Of a stretch of 64,000 nucleotides of DNA, positions 25,164 through 38,327 are shown in pieces; positions within the stretch are counted from its first letter, which is position 1, and the number at the start of each line of letters is the position of its first letter. The translations under genes were made by a program, and so were the position numbers. The notes beneath the pieces were generated by a model, which searched no databases, was not told the DNA's origin, and saw nothing but the letters and a program-made list of their open reading frames with translations. The DNA lies in contig OZ024740.1 of NCBI GenBank assembly GCA_964016885.1, positions 190,340,001 to 190,404,000 of the forward strand, read 5' to 3'. The DNA comes from Eledone cirrhosa (Eukaryota).

Positions 25164-26918
25164 CAATGTCAGACTTGAACCCCTCACCACTTCTAGCAAC
25201 ACACCTCAAGGGCACACCTTACACCACAACTCCACACTCAATTATCCACCCTATCTTAACACAATTCGTGACTTCTATCTAAAACATTTTACCCTAGATA
25301 TATCCCTATGTGCACCTATCTTTAGTATAATTACTTTCAATTACTTAGACTGCATTATATCACTATATAATTTACATGTAAATTTTAAACACCGAATTCA
25401 GCATTGAATTTGTTGTGCAAATGTTGCTGTATGTATGGAGTGCTATCATTAGATAAATAGAAGATTAAGTTATTAACATAAAAGAGCTATATAACCTATA
25501 TGTTGAGTACAATGAATTATGTACAAGTGGTATGTGAGTTATACATACATGTATAACTTCATAGACAGATTAATGACATTATAAGTGAGAATTGCTCGTT
25601 GGTCTACCCTAGAGATATTTAACTTTGCCATGCAATCAGCCATACGCTAACCCAGAGTTTACCAGGGGTTATATATAGACGTGGTTCTAATAAGACCCAG
25701 TCAGGTTCTGTGAGTAGACTACATTTACAAAGAACATTGATATGGAGATCTGACTCTTCGTATGGAATATTCAGTTGTAGCATTCTATGATAGGGAGTAA
25801 TCATCCTAATATATATATATTTAGTACTTCATGCATGATACAGTAGACTGTAATTTAAAGATAGGATACTTACATTTGGAAACTGTATATAACCATATAT
25901 ATGAGGGACTCAATTGAGACACCTTTTAATTTACATTGGAATAATAAATTTAGTTACAGAAATCAGCTAGTTACCTCTCCTCAGGCACAACTCCCCTTAA
26001 TCACACACATACTTCCGGAAAATAAAACGATGTAAATTCTCGCAACAAAAGCAACCTGTTCTATAAAATTGGATTAAAGAACACTGAGCCACAACAAGCT
26101 GTACTAATCTAACTTAATACATCAAACATCCAATACTGAATGATCGTTAATTATGTGAAGGACATATAAATTATATATTACGTTTCCTGAATTGTGAAAA
26201 TGGTGGTGTATACAAACACCATAACATTATTTTGCTTCTCATTTATAATATTTATCTGCACACGAGCTTCTTTATCATACACACAAAATACTTTAGCACT
26301 ACAACCTCCATAATACTCTTGATTACACGCTTAAAATGCTTGTATTGCATATAACACCTTGCCGCACAATAATCATATATAAATAAGACACACGTGCATG
26401 CCCCACGTGCAACCATTTCATGCAATAACTACTACAACTGACTAACAAACTATCCTCTTGCATTACCTTCGTAAACTGCCGATGTTGTATTTTAATTTTA
26501 ATTTGGCTTTGATTCTGTTTTAATATGATTTTAATTTTTGAATTTAATTTGCCATGCAAAAATAATATAATGGATGTACCTCACTTGCATCAATATATAC
26601 ATATGTATCTGTATGTCTGTTGTGTTGGAAAATAGGTCATGTATGTAAACAAACATTGAAAAATTGCTCCGAAGACTCCAAACCTCGGTTTGGATGAGTC
26701 AATTCTAAGCTAATAAATGGTTTGAACAGAACTTTGATTCATGTTAATTCTATATAACTGCTCTGTAGAACAACTGATGTTATTACATTGAGCTATTTAT
26801 CTTACTGGTAATAAGGTAGTAATATATTACTGTCTTTCACTGTTTAGGGTTTAAAATATATATAACTATAAACAGTTTTAGTTTATACATAACCATAAAT
26901 AGTATCCTTAATACTATA

Positions 26919-26961
<43 letters not shown>

Positions 26962-26987
26962 AATGTGGAGAGGAGGCACATGAGTTA

Positions 26988-27045
<58 letters not shown>

Positions 27046-27049
<4 letters not shown>

Positions 27050-30000
27050 ACAGGTAGAAAGAAACGATTATGAGGAAGGAAAATATTTGTTTTCCATTTT
27101 TTTGTCTCTCTCTCTCTCTCTCTTCTGGGTTAGAAAATGATTAAGACGAAATGTTTTGCTTTGTGTGAAGTGTTAATGTATTAGTTAATTTATTTATTAT
27201 TTAATAATGGCATTTATTTATCTATTTATATATTTAATTATTGTTTATTACCGGTTTCTGCATTTATATGTATTATCAAATGATAGTGACATGTATTAGT
27301 GTGGTGTCGCACATGTTAAACAGAAGGTGCAGAAAGAATAATGTTATATGCAAACAAGGTTTAAGAAATGAAAAGAAACAAGAAAACGGAAAAAAAACGT
27401 GCATAATGTGGAATGTAAAAAGTTAACGTGGAAGAAAAGTTAATGTTATTTACAAGCACAGTCATTGAAGTTAAGCAGTTCAAAATGTGTTAATATAGCA
27501 AGAGTGTTTAGTTGAACCATGGTTCCGTGAAGGAGGCAAATGGTGGACTGTGGTTTGATATGATTTCCCTTTTTAGAGAGTTAATATGCAGGGGAAGCAA
27601 TTCTTGCTGGGTGATATTTAATTTATTTAAGAAAAAGGATTAGGTAGGGCGTGAGTGAGGTAACTCTAGTAAATGTTTGATGGTTTGTTTCAGTTTTAGA
27701 TAGGTCCGAATTTTAGGACATTGACAACTGGTTGAAATTTATTAATGAAATATGTTTACTTATTGTTGCGTTGGATGAAAATAGCGTTGTCTATGAATTT
27801 GTAAATGGGGGAACATTTTAAAGTTTGGAAGTTGGTAGAGAGCACAATTGGCGATATGTTCACTAAATGCAATCTTTCTGTATTCCTGTATTTTAATTAA
27901 TACGTTGACGGAGGCTGTTTTTTGTCTGTCCTATATAGTGCTCTAGACAACCTGAGCAAGTCAAAACATAGATAAGGTTTTCAGATGCACATGTAAAGTT
28001 GTGTTTAAGTGTGAAACGTTGTCCTTGTTTAAAATGTAATGTTCAACCTTCTATTAGATGTATGCATATCCCACAGTTGGGCCTACGGTATTTTGTTACT
28101 GTAGTGTTTATTGTGAAGTTCTGTTGGATTTTGGCTTGTGTGAGGATGTTTTTTATGGATTTGGGTTGTCTTTTGCTCTTTATGATGTTGTGTGTTTGGA
28201 GGATATTATTCATTCTTGGGTCTCTTTTTAGTAAAAGAATGTTCTGGAGTATGGTACCGAATGCCTCATTGTTGAGGGGGTTGTATGTGAAGATGTATGG
28301 TAGAGGTTTTTTGTTGCGGTTCACTCCTGGCTTTGGGGTGTCTGAGTTCCTGGATGTCTAGTTTTAGGGCACGTTGGAATCCATTGGTGATAAGGGATGG
28401 TAGGTAATTTCTGCTGATAAGTGTGTTTTTTAATTCTTCTAGTCGGGTGTAGCATGTGTATTTATCCGAAACTATTGTGCAGATCCTTCTTGCTAGGTAA
28501 TTGCCATTTTGGAGTGTCTAGGGTGGCACGAGTTGAATGGAAGGTATTGTTTGGAGTCTGTGGGATGTAGTATATGTCTGTTTCTATTTTGTTGCTTGTT
28601 TTCTTGATGAGGATGTCGAAGAAAGGGAGTTGTTTATGGCTGTAATCCATTGTAAATTGTAAGTTTGTGTTGAGTCCATTCAGAAGGGTTTTAAACTCAA
28701 ACAGTCTATCTATACTTTCATGCTAGAGGATGAAGCAGTCGTCCAGATATCTCCTCCAGTTCTTTTCTATGTGTTGGTAGAAGTGGTTGCCGTATTTGTC
28801 TAGAACTTTGCGGTAGAGAATCGTTTCCAAAAATCCCATGACAAGGTTGGCGTATGAGGGGGCCACTTTCGTGCCCATGGCAGTCCCAGATTTCTGTCTC
28901 TAGTATTTGGCATTGAATTCGAAGAAATTGTTTTCCAAGATGAATTTGAGTCCCTCCAACACAAATTTTTTAGGATGCGCTGTGGAAGTTCACTAGGGAA
29001 ATTTTCCATCCATAATTGTATTGCCTCTATACCTAGGTTGTGTAGGATATTGGAATATAAATTGATGACATCAAAGGTTACTAGTAGGGTATGTCCGTTA
29101 TTGAGTGTTGTTGGGAGGTGGTTGAGCATGTCAAGATCGTCCCTTATGAAGCTTTTTATATGTTTAAGGAAAGGTTTAAGCAGATTATCTAGGAAGTTGA
29201 TATGAGATGGGTTTCACATGTGGAGCCTGCTATTATGAGTCTTAATTTAAGGTCATCACGAGGGGCTATATTGATGCAAACGTCTGTGGTTTGCTTGCAG
29301 GCCCTGCCTATTACTTCCCTTTTGTGTGTCTTGGTGATACCGTAGAAGAGGCTGGTTCTACTTTTGAAATTGGTGATGTAGTTGTATTCCTTGTCTGTAA
29401 GGCCTTCTTTGTAAAGGGTTGTTAGGGATTTTAGGTTTCTCATTATTTTCTGTTGTGTGTAGTGTTGGGCCTTTTCATAATATGTTTGGTTTTCTAGAGT
29501 TGAGAGTACTAGAGTTGTGTAATAATCTGTCTCTATAAGGACTACTGCACTCCCTTTATCTGCAGTTTGATTGTTAAGATTTTGTAGTTTTTTAGACTGT
29601 TAAGACCATTCCATTCTTTTTTGTTTAGGTTTTGTTTTTATATATGTCTGTGTAGATTGTGGTATGGGTAATTAGTAATGTGTTCGCAGAATTGATCGAG
29701 GAATTTATTCTTGCCTTTTGGTGGGGTGTAGTTGCTTCTATTTCTGGCTATTGAATCATCCTCATTGTATTTGTTGTATAGTTGTTGGCTGAGTCTTAGT
29801 TTTCTACAGAATTCTGCAATATCTTCCTTCATTTCGGGGTAGTTTGGTTGTTGGGGAGTTGGTGTAAATTTTAGACCTTTGGAGAGTATGTTGATTTGGT
29901 CTGTTGTTAATTATTTGGAGGTTAAATTGACAACTTTCATTGCGTTTTGTGTCTCCTGTGTGTTTTGTGTTATATTGTGACCATATTGTGACCATGTGTG

Positions 30001-30450
30001 CTGTGTCTAAAAAATGATTACGGAAGTTGTGATGGCTGTTGAAGTTTGGATGTCTCTTATAGTTGTATTGGCTCCTGCTGTTGTTGTAAGATGGTGTGTA
30101 GCTGTGGTGGTTGTTGAGTTTAGGTTGTATCGTGCGGTTGTATTGAGCCTTGCTGATGTTGTTTTAGGGTGTGTAGATTTGATGGACGTGGTTATAGGGT
30201 GTGAATTTGTGGTGGTTGTTGAAGTTGGGTTGTAACGTGTGGTTGTGTTAAGCACTGCTGTTGTTGTAGGGTGTGTAGACTTGGTGGTAGTTGTAGTAAG
30301 GTTGCCTTGTTGGTTCATATTGAGTCCTGTTGTTGCTGTTATATGGTGTGTAGCTATGGTCGTTGTAGTGGTTAGGGTGTTTGGTGTAGTTATATTGTCC
30401 CCTGCTGGTGTTGTTTTAGTAGGGTGTGGTAAGTGGGGGAGTGTAGATTA
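27046..30450 (-). mobile_element. Penelope-like element (Neptune-like), decayed RT + GIY-YIG with Thr-rich N-terminal repeats
   Basis: LVTFDVINLYSNI, GTAMGTKVAPSYANL, RRYLDDCF, LPFFD, RPNCGIC and FTCASENLIYVLTCSGC..HYIGQT; 3' UTR runs into (TA)n. Confidence 0.88.
27246..27283 (-). ncRNA. Minimal hammerhead motif, U3-A8 core
   Basis: tcat TTGATAA tacat ataa atgca GAAA ccgg TA ataa; stems I and II each carry a mismatch. Confidence 0.55.
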
Positions 30451-30455
30451 GTGTA

Positions 30456-32188
30456 GATATAAAGTTTATGACAAAACCATTAATCACTTGTTCTACATGG
30501 ATGACCTGGAACTATTTGCAAAAAATGATGAACAATTGCAAGGGCTATTATCCACTGTGGAGCAGTTCAGTGATGATATTAAAATGGAGTTTGGACTAGA
30601 AGAATGCGCCAAAACAACGTTCACCAGAGGAAAGCTGCTGAAAAGTTCAGACATTAATCTTGATCGGGGGAACGTGATAAGAGAACTTGATCAAGAGAAA
30701 ACTTACAAATATCTAGGTGTTTGTGAAGGAGACGGAATCAAACAATCGACAATGAGGGAAAGGATAAGGAAGGGATGTTACCGCAGAGTAAGAGAAATCT
30801 TAAGAACGGAATTGAATGCAAGGAATAGGATCGATGCCATAAACACGCTTGCCATACCAGTAGTAACCTACAGTTACAATGTCATCAACTGGTCAAGCAC
30901 AGAGATCCGTAGGCTCGATACAAAAATTCGAAAATTCTTAACCATGCACAGAATGCATCACCCTAATGCAGATACAGATAGAATATATCTCCCTAGGAAA
31001 GAAGGAGGACGTGGGTTAATCCAGTTAGACATTGCGTTGAAAACTGCAACAATTGGATTATCTACATATCTAAGGGAATCACATGATTGGATTATCAAAC
31101 TCGTTTTGAAACACGAAAGCATCAAAAGATCATACTCCATTACAAAAGATGCACAAAGATACAGTAATGGACTACACATTTCAGAAGTCCCATTTACTGC
31201 TGAAATGGAAAACACAGAAAAAGCAAAGCAGGTAAAAGTAACTGCAAAGAAAGAACTGCTACAGAAACTGGCTAAGAAATGGCAAGAAAAGCCTCTGTAT
31301 AGAAAATACGCAGAACGAGCTAACAATCCTGATGTTGACAAAACATTAACCCATCAGTGGTTGGCTTCCTCCGGACTGGAATCGGAGACTGAAGGACTGA
31401 TTATATCATCACAAGATTAGTGTCTGCCAACAAAAAATTACCAAGCCAACATAATAACAAATGGATGCAGCCCATTATGCAGTGTATGTAAAAAACAACC
31501 AGAGACCATTGACCATATAATTTCAATGTGCAGTCCTATAGCTCCAACTGAATACCTAAACAGTCATGACAGAGCTGCACAATACATACATTGGATAATG
31601 TGTAAGCATTTTGACCTGCCCCATCAAAAGAATTGGTGGGAGCATCAACCACCACCCATACTTGAAAAAGATCACATCTCAATGTTGTGGAACTTTAGCA
31701 TCCAAACAGACCGAAAAATAGATGCAAATAGACCTGATATAATACTGAAGGACTTTAAAATGAGGGTATGCCTGCTAATTGATATGTCCGTTCTAATAGA
31801 CAAGAATGTATCTATAAAAACTTTTGAAAAATTGAGCAAGTATAAAGACCAGGAGATAGATATTGGAAACATGTAGACATTGAGAACTAAAACAATACCA
31901 GTGGTTGTAGGCGCTCTAGGAATGATACCGAAGGTGTCTAATGATTACCTATCGCAAACCCCAGGAAACCCGCGTATAGGAGAAATACAAAAGATAGTAC
32001 TAATGGGAACTGCCCATATACTAAGGAAGATTCTGTCAATATAAGTACATCACAAGTCTAAACACCTAAAGATGCATGTGTGAGTATGTATGTTCTTTCT
32101 TGAACATGGCGGACCTTGTTGTCTCTTGAGGTCACTGTTTGTGACTTGGTGATAACTCGTATGATCATAAAGCAAGATAAATGCAGCT

Positions 32189-32242
<54 letters not shown>
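30456..32242 (+). mobile_element. Dong family B, copy 4 (5'-truncated at the RT YMDD region) plus (AAT)n tail
   Basis: Colinear with 7528-9255; several stops; tail 32191-32242. Confidence 0.92.
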
Positions 32243-32244
<2 letters not shown>

Positions 32245-32868
32245 CACCTCGTCCAGACTCACTATAAGGGCTGGAGACATGTTGTGATGGACGGGGTGAT
32301 CCATTGGCACCTATGCAATGTAAACAATTTACCACATTCTGAGAAGTGGTATGAGCATAAGCAAGAGTCGGTGATAGAAAATGATCAGGTGATGGTGCTA
32401 TGGGATTTTAGGATACAGACGGACAAGAAACTGGAACACAATAGACCAGTCCGGGTGGTTTTGGACAAGTAAAAAAGATCGTGCCTGATTGTGGGTGTGG
32501 CCTGCCCATTCGACACTAGAGTGCAAGAGAAGCAGAGGGAGAAAATTAACCGATACAAGGACTTAAAGTGGGAGGTAAAAAGGATTTGGAAGTGCCTTGA
32601 AGTCAAAGTGGCCCCGAGTGTCGCATTAGGTACTATCTCAAAATGTTTTCAGGGATGGTTAAAGAAAATTGACAACGGCACGCTTTTTGGAACGCTTCAA
32701 AAGGCATGCTTGCTGGGAACGGCAAGAATCCTCCGATACATCCTGGATATCTGAGGCTTCAGGTAGCCACTTGATATTCAGGTAGTGGCTTGATATTCAT
32801 TTCAACAAACTTTCCAGTTAATTAACATCAATGACTGAGACTCAAAGAACAGTAATAATAATAATAAT
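32243..32868 (+). mobile_element. Dong family A 3' fragment abutting the family B tail
   Basis: Colinear with 370-970; short duplication in the 3' UTR (caggtag..cttgatattca twice); (AAT)n end. Confidence 0.9.
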
Positions 32869-32940
32869 ACATTAAAATAACAGATTAAAGTTTAACAAAG
32901 TATCGATTCTTTGCTTAAACTTTAATCTGTTGTTATTTTA

Positions 32941-33004
<64 letters not shown>

Positions 33005-33010
<6 letters not shown>

Positions 33011-33610
33011 CGTAGTTAAGGAAGCCGCAACAATGCATAGGGAAATCTCGAGGTAGGAAGTGAATGATAGACAGGAGAAACAGGAGAAAGTGAAAATTGA
33101 GAGAGACAAAGATGAAAACAAAACAAAGGTAGAAGGGTTACCGTAGTGGAGATTTAAACCCAATATTTCGGGCTCACGCCCATCAACGGGGGAAAGTTCC
33201 AAAAGGGGGGGAACAGGCCAAGCGGAGAAAGTTGTGATGTCGTTAAGACAGGAATGCCGTTATGGGGAGAAAATTATTTAACATTTATTTAAATTTTAAA
33301 TAATTTTCTCCCCATAACGGCATTCCTGTCCTAACGACATCACATCTTTCTCCGCTTGGCCTGTTCCCCCCGTTTGGAACTTTCCCCCGTTGATGGGCGT
33401 GAGCCCGAAATATTGGGTTTAAATCTCCACTACGGTAACCCTTCTACCTTTGTTTTGTTTTCATCTTTGTCTCTCTCAATTTTCACTTTCTCCTGTTTCT
33501 CCTATCTATCATTCACTTCCTACCTCGAGATTTCCCTCTGCATTGTTGTGGCTTTCTTAACTACCTATTTTACACATTTCACAATGCTTCAAGCAAACTT
33601 TAACACCCTC
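33005..33610. repeat. Near-perfect palindrome (arms ~275 bp, ~14-bp spacer) between (TA)n tracts; PLE-terminus-like
   Basis: 33005-33281 is the reverse complement of 33296-33572. Each arm has a decayed hammerhead (gggc gtga gccc GAAA ta tt ggg). Confidence 0.9.
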
Positions 33611-33614
33611 TTAT

Positions 33615-33759
<145 letters not shown>

Positions 33760-33819
33760 TAATACATATATATTTATATATTGTTACTTTTCACGCATGT
33801 CATAGCATTATCATTTTAA

Positions 33820-33896
33820 CAGGGTGTCCCAAAGATGTATACCCATTTGAGCCATAGTCTTATGAAGTGTGTATCCATATTTTGGGGACATCCTTC
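33820..33896. mobile_element. ~77-bp MITE-like element with CAGGGTGTCCC ends (second copy at 35700-35776)
   Basis: Imperfect ~27-bp inverted ends resembling Tc1/mariner TIRs; two similar copies sharing a short left flank. Confidence 0.5.
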
Positions 33897-34045
33897 ATAT
33901 ACATATATATAAATACACAAATCACATTCATATGTGGCTGTGAATATGTGTGTACTTGTATATATCAATCGATCCATCTACCTATCTTATCTATCTCTAT
34001 ATATATCTCTCTGACTGCCTGTGTATCCATATATATACAAACATA

Positions 34046-34810
34046 CGGGCTGTTTGAGAAAAGTAATAGGAATTAGTGTGCCGTGTGAACTATGATTAGG
34101 AGTTTGCTTCACTGCGTGGAGTAATGTCCCGGGAGCATATACCTTCGATCTCAGCTCTCTGCAGCCATAATAATTTTTTAAATGCTTTCATTAAAAGCGC
34201 ATCTAAGCCGTCGAACGTTCGATATACAGTAGTGAACCAGCTTATAGCTTCTGGTCCGTATGGGGAAATCTCCGTCAGAAGCCGTCGCATATGATAGGAC
34301 ATCGCGCATACAGGCTTAGAGGAACAGAAGAGGTTCAAATAGGGGTGCGGTTATGGGGAAGACGAACCCATAAATGAAAGGCATTTAATGAGTTAGGACC
34401 GACTGTGAACAATGTTGAACACGCCAAGTGGTACGTGGCGCTCGACGGCTGACTGTTTTATTGATCGTAACTGTGCTTGGCATGAACCGTGACAGCGTTT
34501 CGAAGATTAACACCGAAGGTTTCGGCATGCGTAAAATCTGCGTGAAGATAGCGCCGAAGCTGCTGAACCAGAAGGAGTCGTGCATGCTGGAGGAACTTGA
34601 AACCGAAGAACAAACGACGGAGATTCAAGAGAGCCATGACAACGAAGCTGCTGAGAAATCCGGGTGAATGTGTTCAGCAGTGTAGGGACGGAGAGGGGTT
34701 AAAGATGAAAACGTGTGTTACACTCGTGCTGGATTATTTCCAAATTATTTTTAATTTGATTAAAAATACTTATTCTGGGATACCAGGTCTTTATCTTTCC
34801 TGACAAACCT

Positions 34811-34812
<2 letters not shown>
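34046..34812 (+). mobile_element. Internally deleted, decayed mariner-family DNA transposon
   Basis: TA-flanked imperfect TIRs; RRLT...GMNRDSVSKINTEGFGMRKICVKIAPKLL matches the mariner HTH2/linker (WVPxxL region); KRFK.G...EDEP upstream. Confidence 0.7.
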
Positions 34813-34877
<65 letters not shown>

Positions 34878-34881
<4 letters not shown>

Positions 34882-35395
34882 AAGTGTGCTTGAAGCATTG
34901 TGGAATAATAAGGTAAATTTATTTAAGTCGCTTGGATGCCTCGACAATGCAGATGGGTAAATCTCCGGGTAACAAGATCTTGTGGTGGAGAGAGAGATGT
35001 AAGTGGTTGTACGTTGAGATGCGTGGCGTGTATAAGACTGTAACCTGTGGTAGAATGAAGCAATGAGCGTAAAGGATAAAAAATAAAAATAACAACACGT
35101 GAAAGAGTTACCTTGGGAGAGATTTAATTGTCCCTATATATATCGGATTCACATCCATCAACTTGGTTTTTTTCCGGGGGGGGGGGGATTGTCTGTCGGA
35201 AAGGTGCGAAAAGTGTCCTCCGCTGTTCGTTGGTTTGATGTTTATCTCACGACTTTCAAATGTAGAATTAAGATAGATGGTTTGTGGGACAAACCACACA
35301 TCCTTAATCTTAATTCTACATTTGAAAAGCATCAGAGCTGGGACACCGTTAAAGGAATTAAATAAATATTCTCAAAAATATTCCAGTTGCATTAT
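34878..35395 (-). mobile_element. Probable PLE 3' terminus related to the 33.0-33.6 kb palindrome, containing a long hairpin at 35255-35327
   Basis: Minus-strand end gagattt...ctgcattgt...cacaatgcttcaagca matches 33527-33595. Confidence 0.45.
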
Positions 35396-35424
35396 CCTTA
35401 CACACACACACACGCACACACACC

Positions 35425-35471
<47 letters not shown>

Positions 35472-35525
35472 ACACACACACACATACACACACACACACA
35501 CACACACATACACACTTATATATAT

Positions 35526-35647
<122 letters not shown>

Positions 35648-35772
35648 TTACATTTATATATTATTATTTTTCATGCATTTCATAGCCATATCTTTTTCAC
35701 AGGGTGTCCCAAAGATGTATACGCATTTGAGCCATAGTCTGTTGAATTGTGTATTCATACGTTGGGGAAATC

Positions 35773-35818
<46 letters not shown>

Positions 35819-36802
35819 CGTTTCTGAATTTGTTTAGCAAGATTCTTTACCTGAAAACGTGTGTTGAAACCGATATTGTTATACTTTGGGAGGGTCATGT
35901 TGCCAATAAGAAACACACGCTCCACATTCTTTCATTTCAATTTATTATAAATAAAATTTAAAAATTTAGGAATTTATAAATTTCCGATTGGTTTGTTGGT
36001 TCTACAACCAGACGATTGTTCATATATTGTCAAAGTTCTTTCGTTCTATTTTAGCATGTTAGTAGAGTACAGATGATTCTTTACTATCCTGAAGCTCTCG
36101 CCAGTGTTCATTTATCCGTTCTCCTATACTACGAGCTGTCTCACGTATGTACACTATATTCTAATCTCTATATTGTCTTTCAGTACATCTTATGCTATAT
36201 ACTACATTTCTAGTTGTACAGTTAATATTGGGGCTTAGTTTACAGATTATACATTTCTTATCTATACAGGGAGGTCTTTAAACATGGTATGTATCGCTAA
36301 TAAGTGTTTTTATGGAGGTACCTGGTCTTCTACTATCTTAATATTGAGATTATGTTTATCTAGGGCCCTTCTGAATTTGTAAGCTAATTCACATCTAGAG
36401 GATAGTAAAGAATCCTATGTACTCTACCAACATGCTAAAATAGAACATAAGGGTAAATTAGAGAACATAGAAATACAAATAGAATCTACACACAGAAAAG
36501 ACGCAATGATTAGACAAATCAAAGAGGCAATAAACATAAATGAACTCCAACCAAAATTAAATAGAAAGCATGAATGGAATAGCAATATCACAACTTACAA
36601 TTAAGGACAAAATGAAAACACAGTTACACATAGAACAAACGACCAACCATTAACATGTAAATAAACAAATAAATAAACAAATATAAACACACACCGACAC
36701 CCGGATGTAACACAAGCGCAATCTAAGCACAAAACACACACAACAACAAGATGGCCTAGGACAGAACAAAGGAGAGGCACAAAACAAAGAAAATAATCAA
36801 CA

Positions 36803-36845
36803 GTCACTGAAGAGGTCACATAACGTGTGGCGAAAGAACTTTGAC
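36803..36845 (+). ncRNA. Minimal type I hammerhead ribozyme motif in the 5' pLTR
   Basis: gtca CTGAAGA g gtcaca taacg tgtggc GAAA gaac TT tgac. Confidence 0.72.
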
Positions 36846-37550
36846 AATATATGAACAATCGTCTGGTTGTGGAACCAACCAACCAACCGGAATGTTATAA
36901 ATTCCTAAATTTATAAATTAATTCATAATAAATTGAAGTGATAGCAACTGGTATGTGTGTTTCTTATTGGCAACATGACCCTCCCAAAGTATAACAATAT
37001 CGGTTTCAACACACGTTGTCAGATAAAGAATCTTGATAAACAAATTCAGAAACGAAATATCGTAAGCCTTAGCCGGGCTAACAAGATACTGAAAACTACC
37101 ATGTTCTGTTGTCTACAAAAAACAATAACATCTTGACAACTACAGTTCATAATAGAATGTGCTTCGTCCCGAGTTTACACCAACACCATCAACATCGATG
37201 TAAGAAGATTACAACTCACCAAAAAGCAAGCAGATAGGCTAAAACTAACACTAATTATAAACATTATAAAGAAGATTTACAGAGAATTAAGTCAAGAAAT
37301 AACTAAGATCACCACACCAAGAGAAAAACTGATGTTTATAAACGTTATATGTCTTGAAGAAAAGTACATTGTTCAGGAATGTGACAAGCACTTTAACAAG
37401 AAACTAAAATGGCTCAAACAGATGAAACTAAATCAAGATACTTTAGAAAATATCGATAGATTTCCTGAGAAAATCGACGGTCTAAATATGGCCGACATCT
37501 CATTAACAGATGAATTCAACAACAACAACACAAATTTATACGACAACACT

Positions 37551-38327
37551 TCAAAGAAGTCTGTCCGCTCGGTCGGTCGGTTGTTGACCCATATATAATG
37601 ATGCAATAGAATCGGCTTCATATTGCATCATTATATCTGGGTCAACAACCGACCGACCGATCGGACAGACTTCTTTGAGCAGTGCAATATCGCCTTTTTT
37701 AATATTGCACTGCTCAAAGGAGTCTGTCCGGTCGGTCGGTTGTTGACCCAGATATAATGATGCAATAGAATCGGCTTCATATTGCATCATTATATCTGGG
37801 TCAACAAACGACCGACCGACCGGACAGACTTCTTTGAGCAGTGCAATATCGCATTTTTTTTATATATATGAAAAAAATAAGCGACCAACCGACCATTAGG
37901 CCAGCTGATCGCTATTTCTTTTTATATATATTTAAAAAAGGCGATATTACACTGCTCAAAGAAGTCTGTCAGGTCGGTCGGTCGGTTGTTGACCCAGATA
38001 TAATGATGCAATAGAATCGGCTTCATATTGCATCATTATATATGGGTCAACAACTGACAGACCTACCGGAAACTCTTCTTTGAGCAGTGCAATATCGCCT
38101 TTTTTTTATATATATAAAAAGAAATAGCGATCAGGCGGCCTAATGATCGGTTGGTCGCTTATTTTTTTCATATATATAAAAAAAGGCGATATTGCACTGC
38201 TCAAAGAAGTCTATCCGGTTGGTCTGACGATTGTTGACCCAGATATAATGATGCAATAGAATCGGCTTCATATTGCATCATTATATCTGGGTCAAAAACC
38301 GACGCACCGACCGGACATACTTCTTTG
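37551..38327. repeat. Concatemer of four ~125-bp palindromes joined by palindromic linkers (period ~243 bp)
   Basis: Units start at 37551, 37714, 37956 and 38201; ~57-bp arms around the loop gaatcggcttca. Confidence 0.95.

Noticed and set aside
37551-38327. CRISPR-like or bacterial REP/BIME array
   Set aside because: No unique spacers, units far longer than CRISPR repeats, no cas genes, and a eukaryotic retroelement context.
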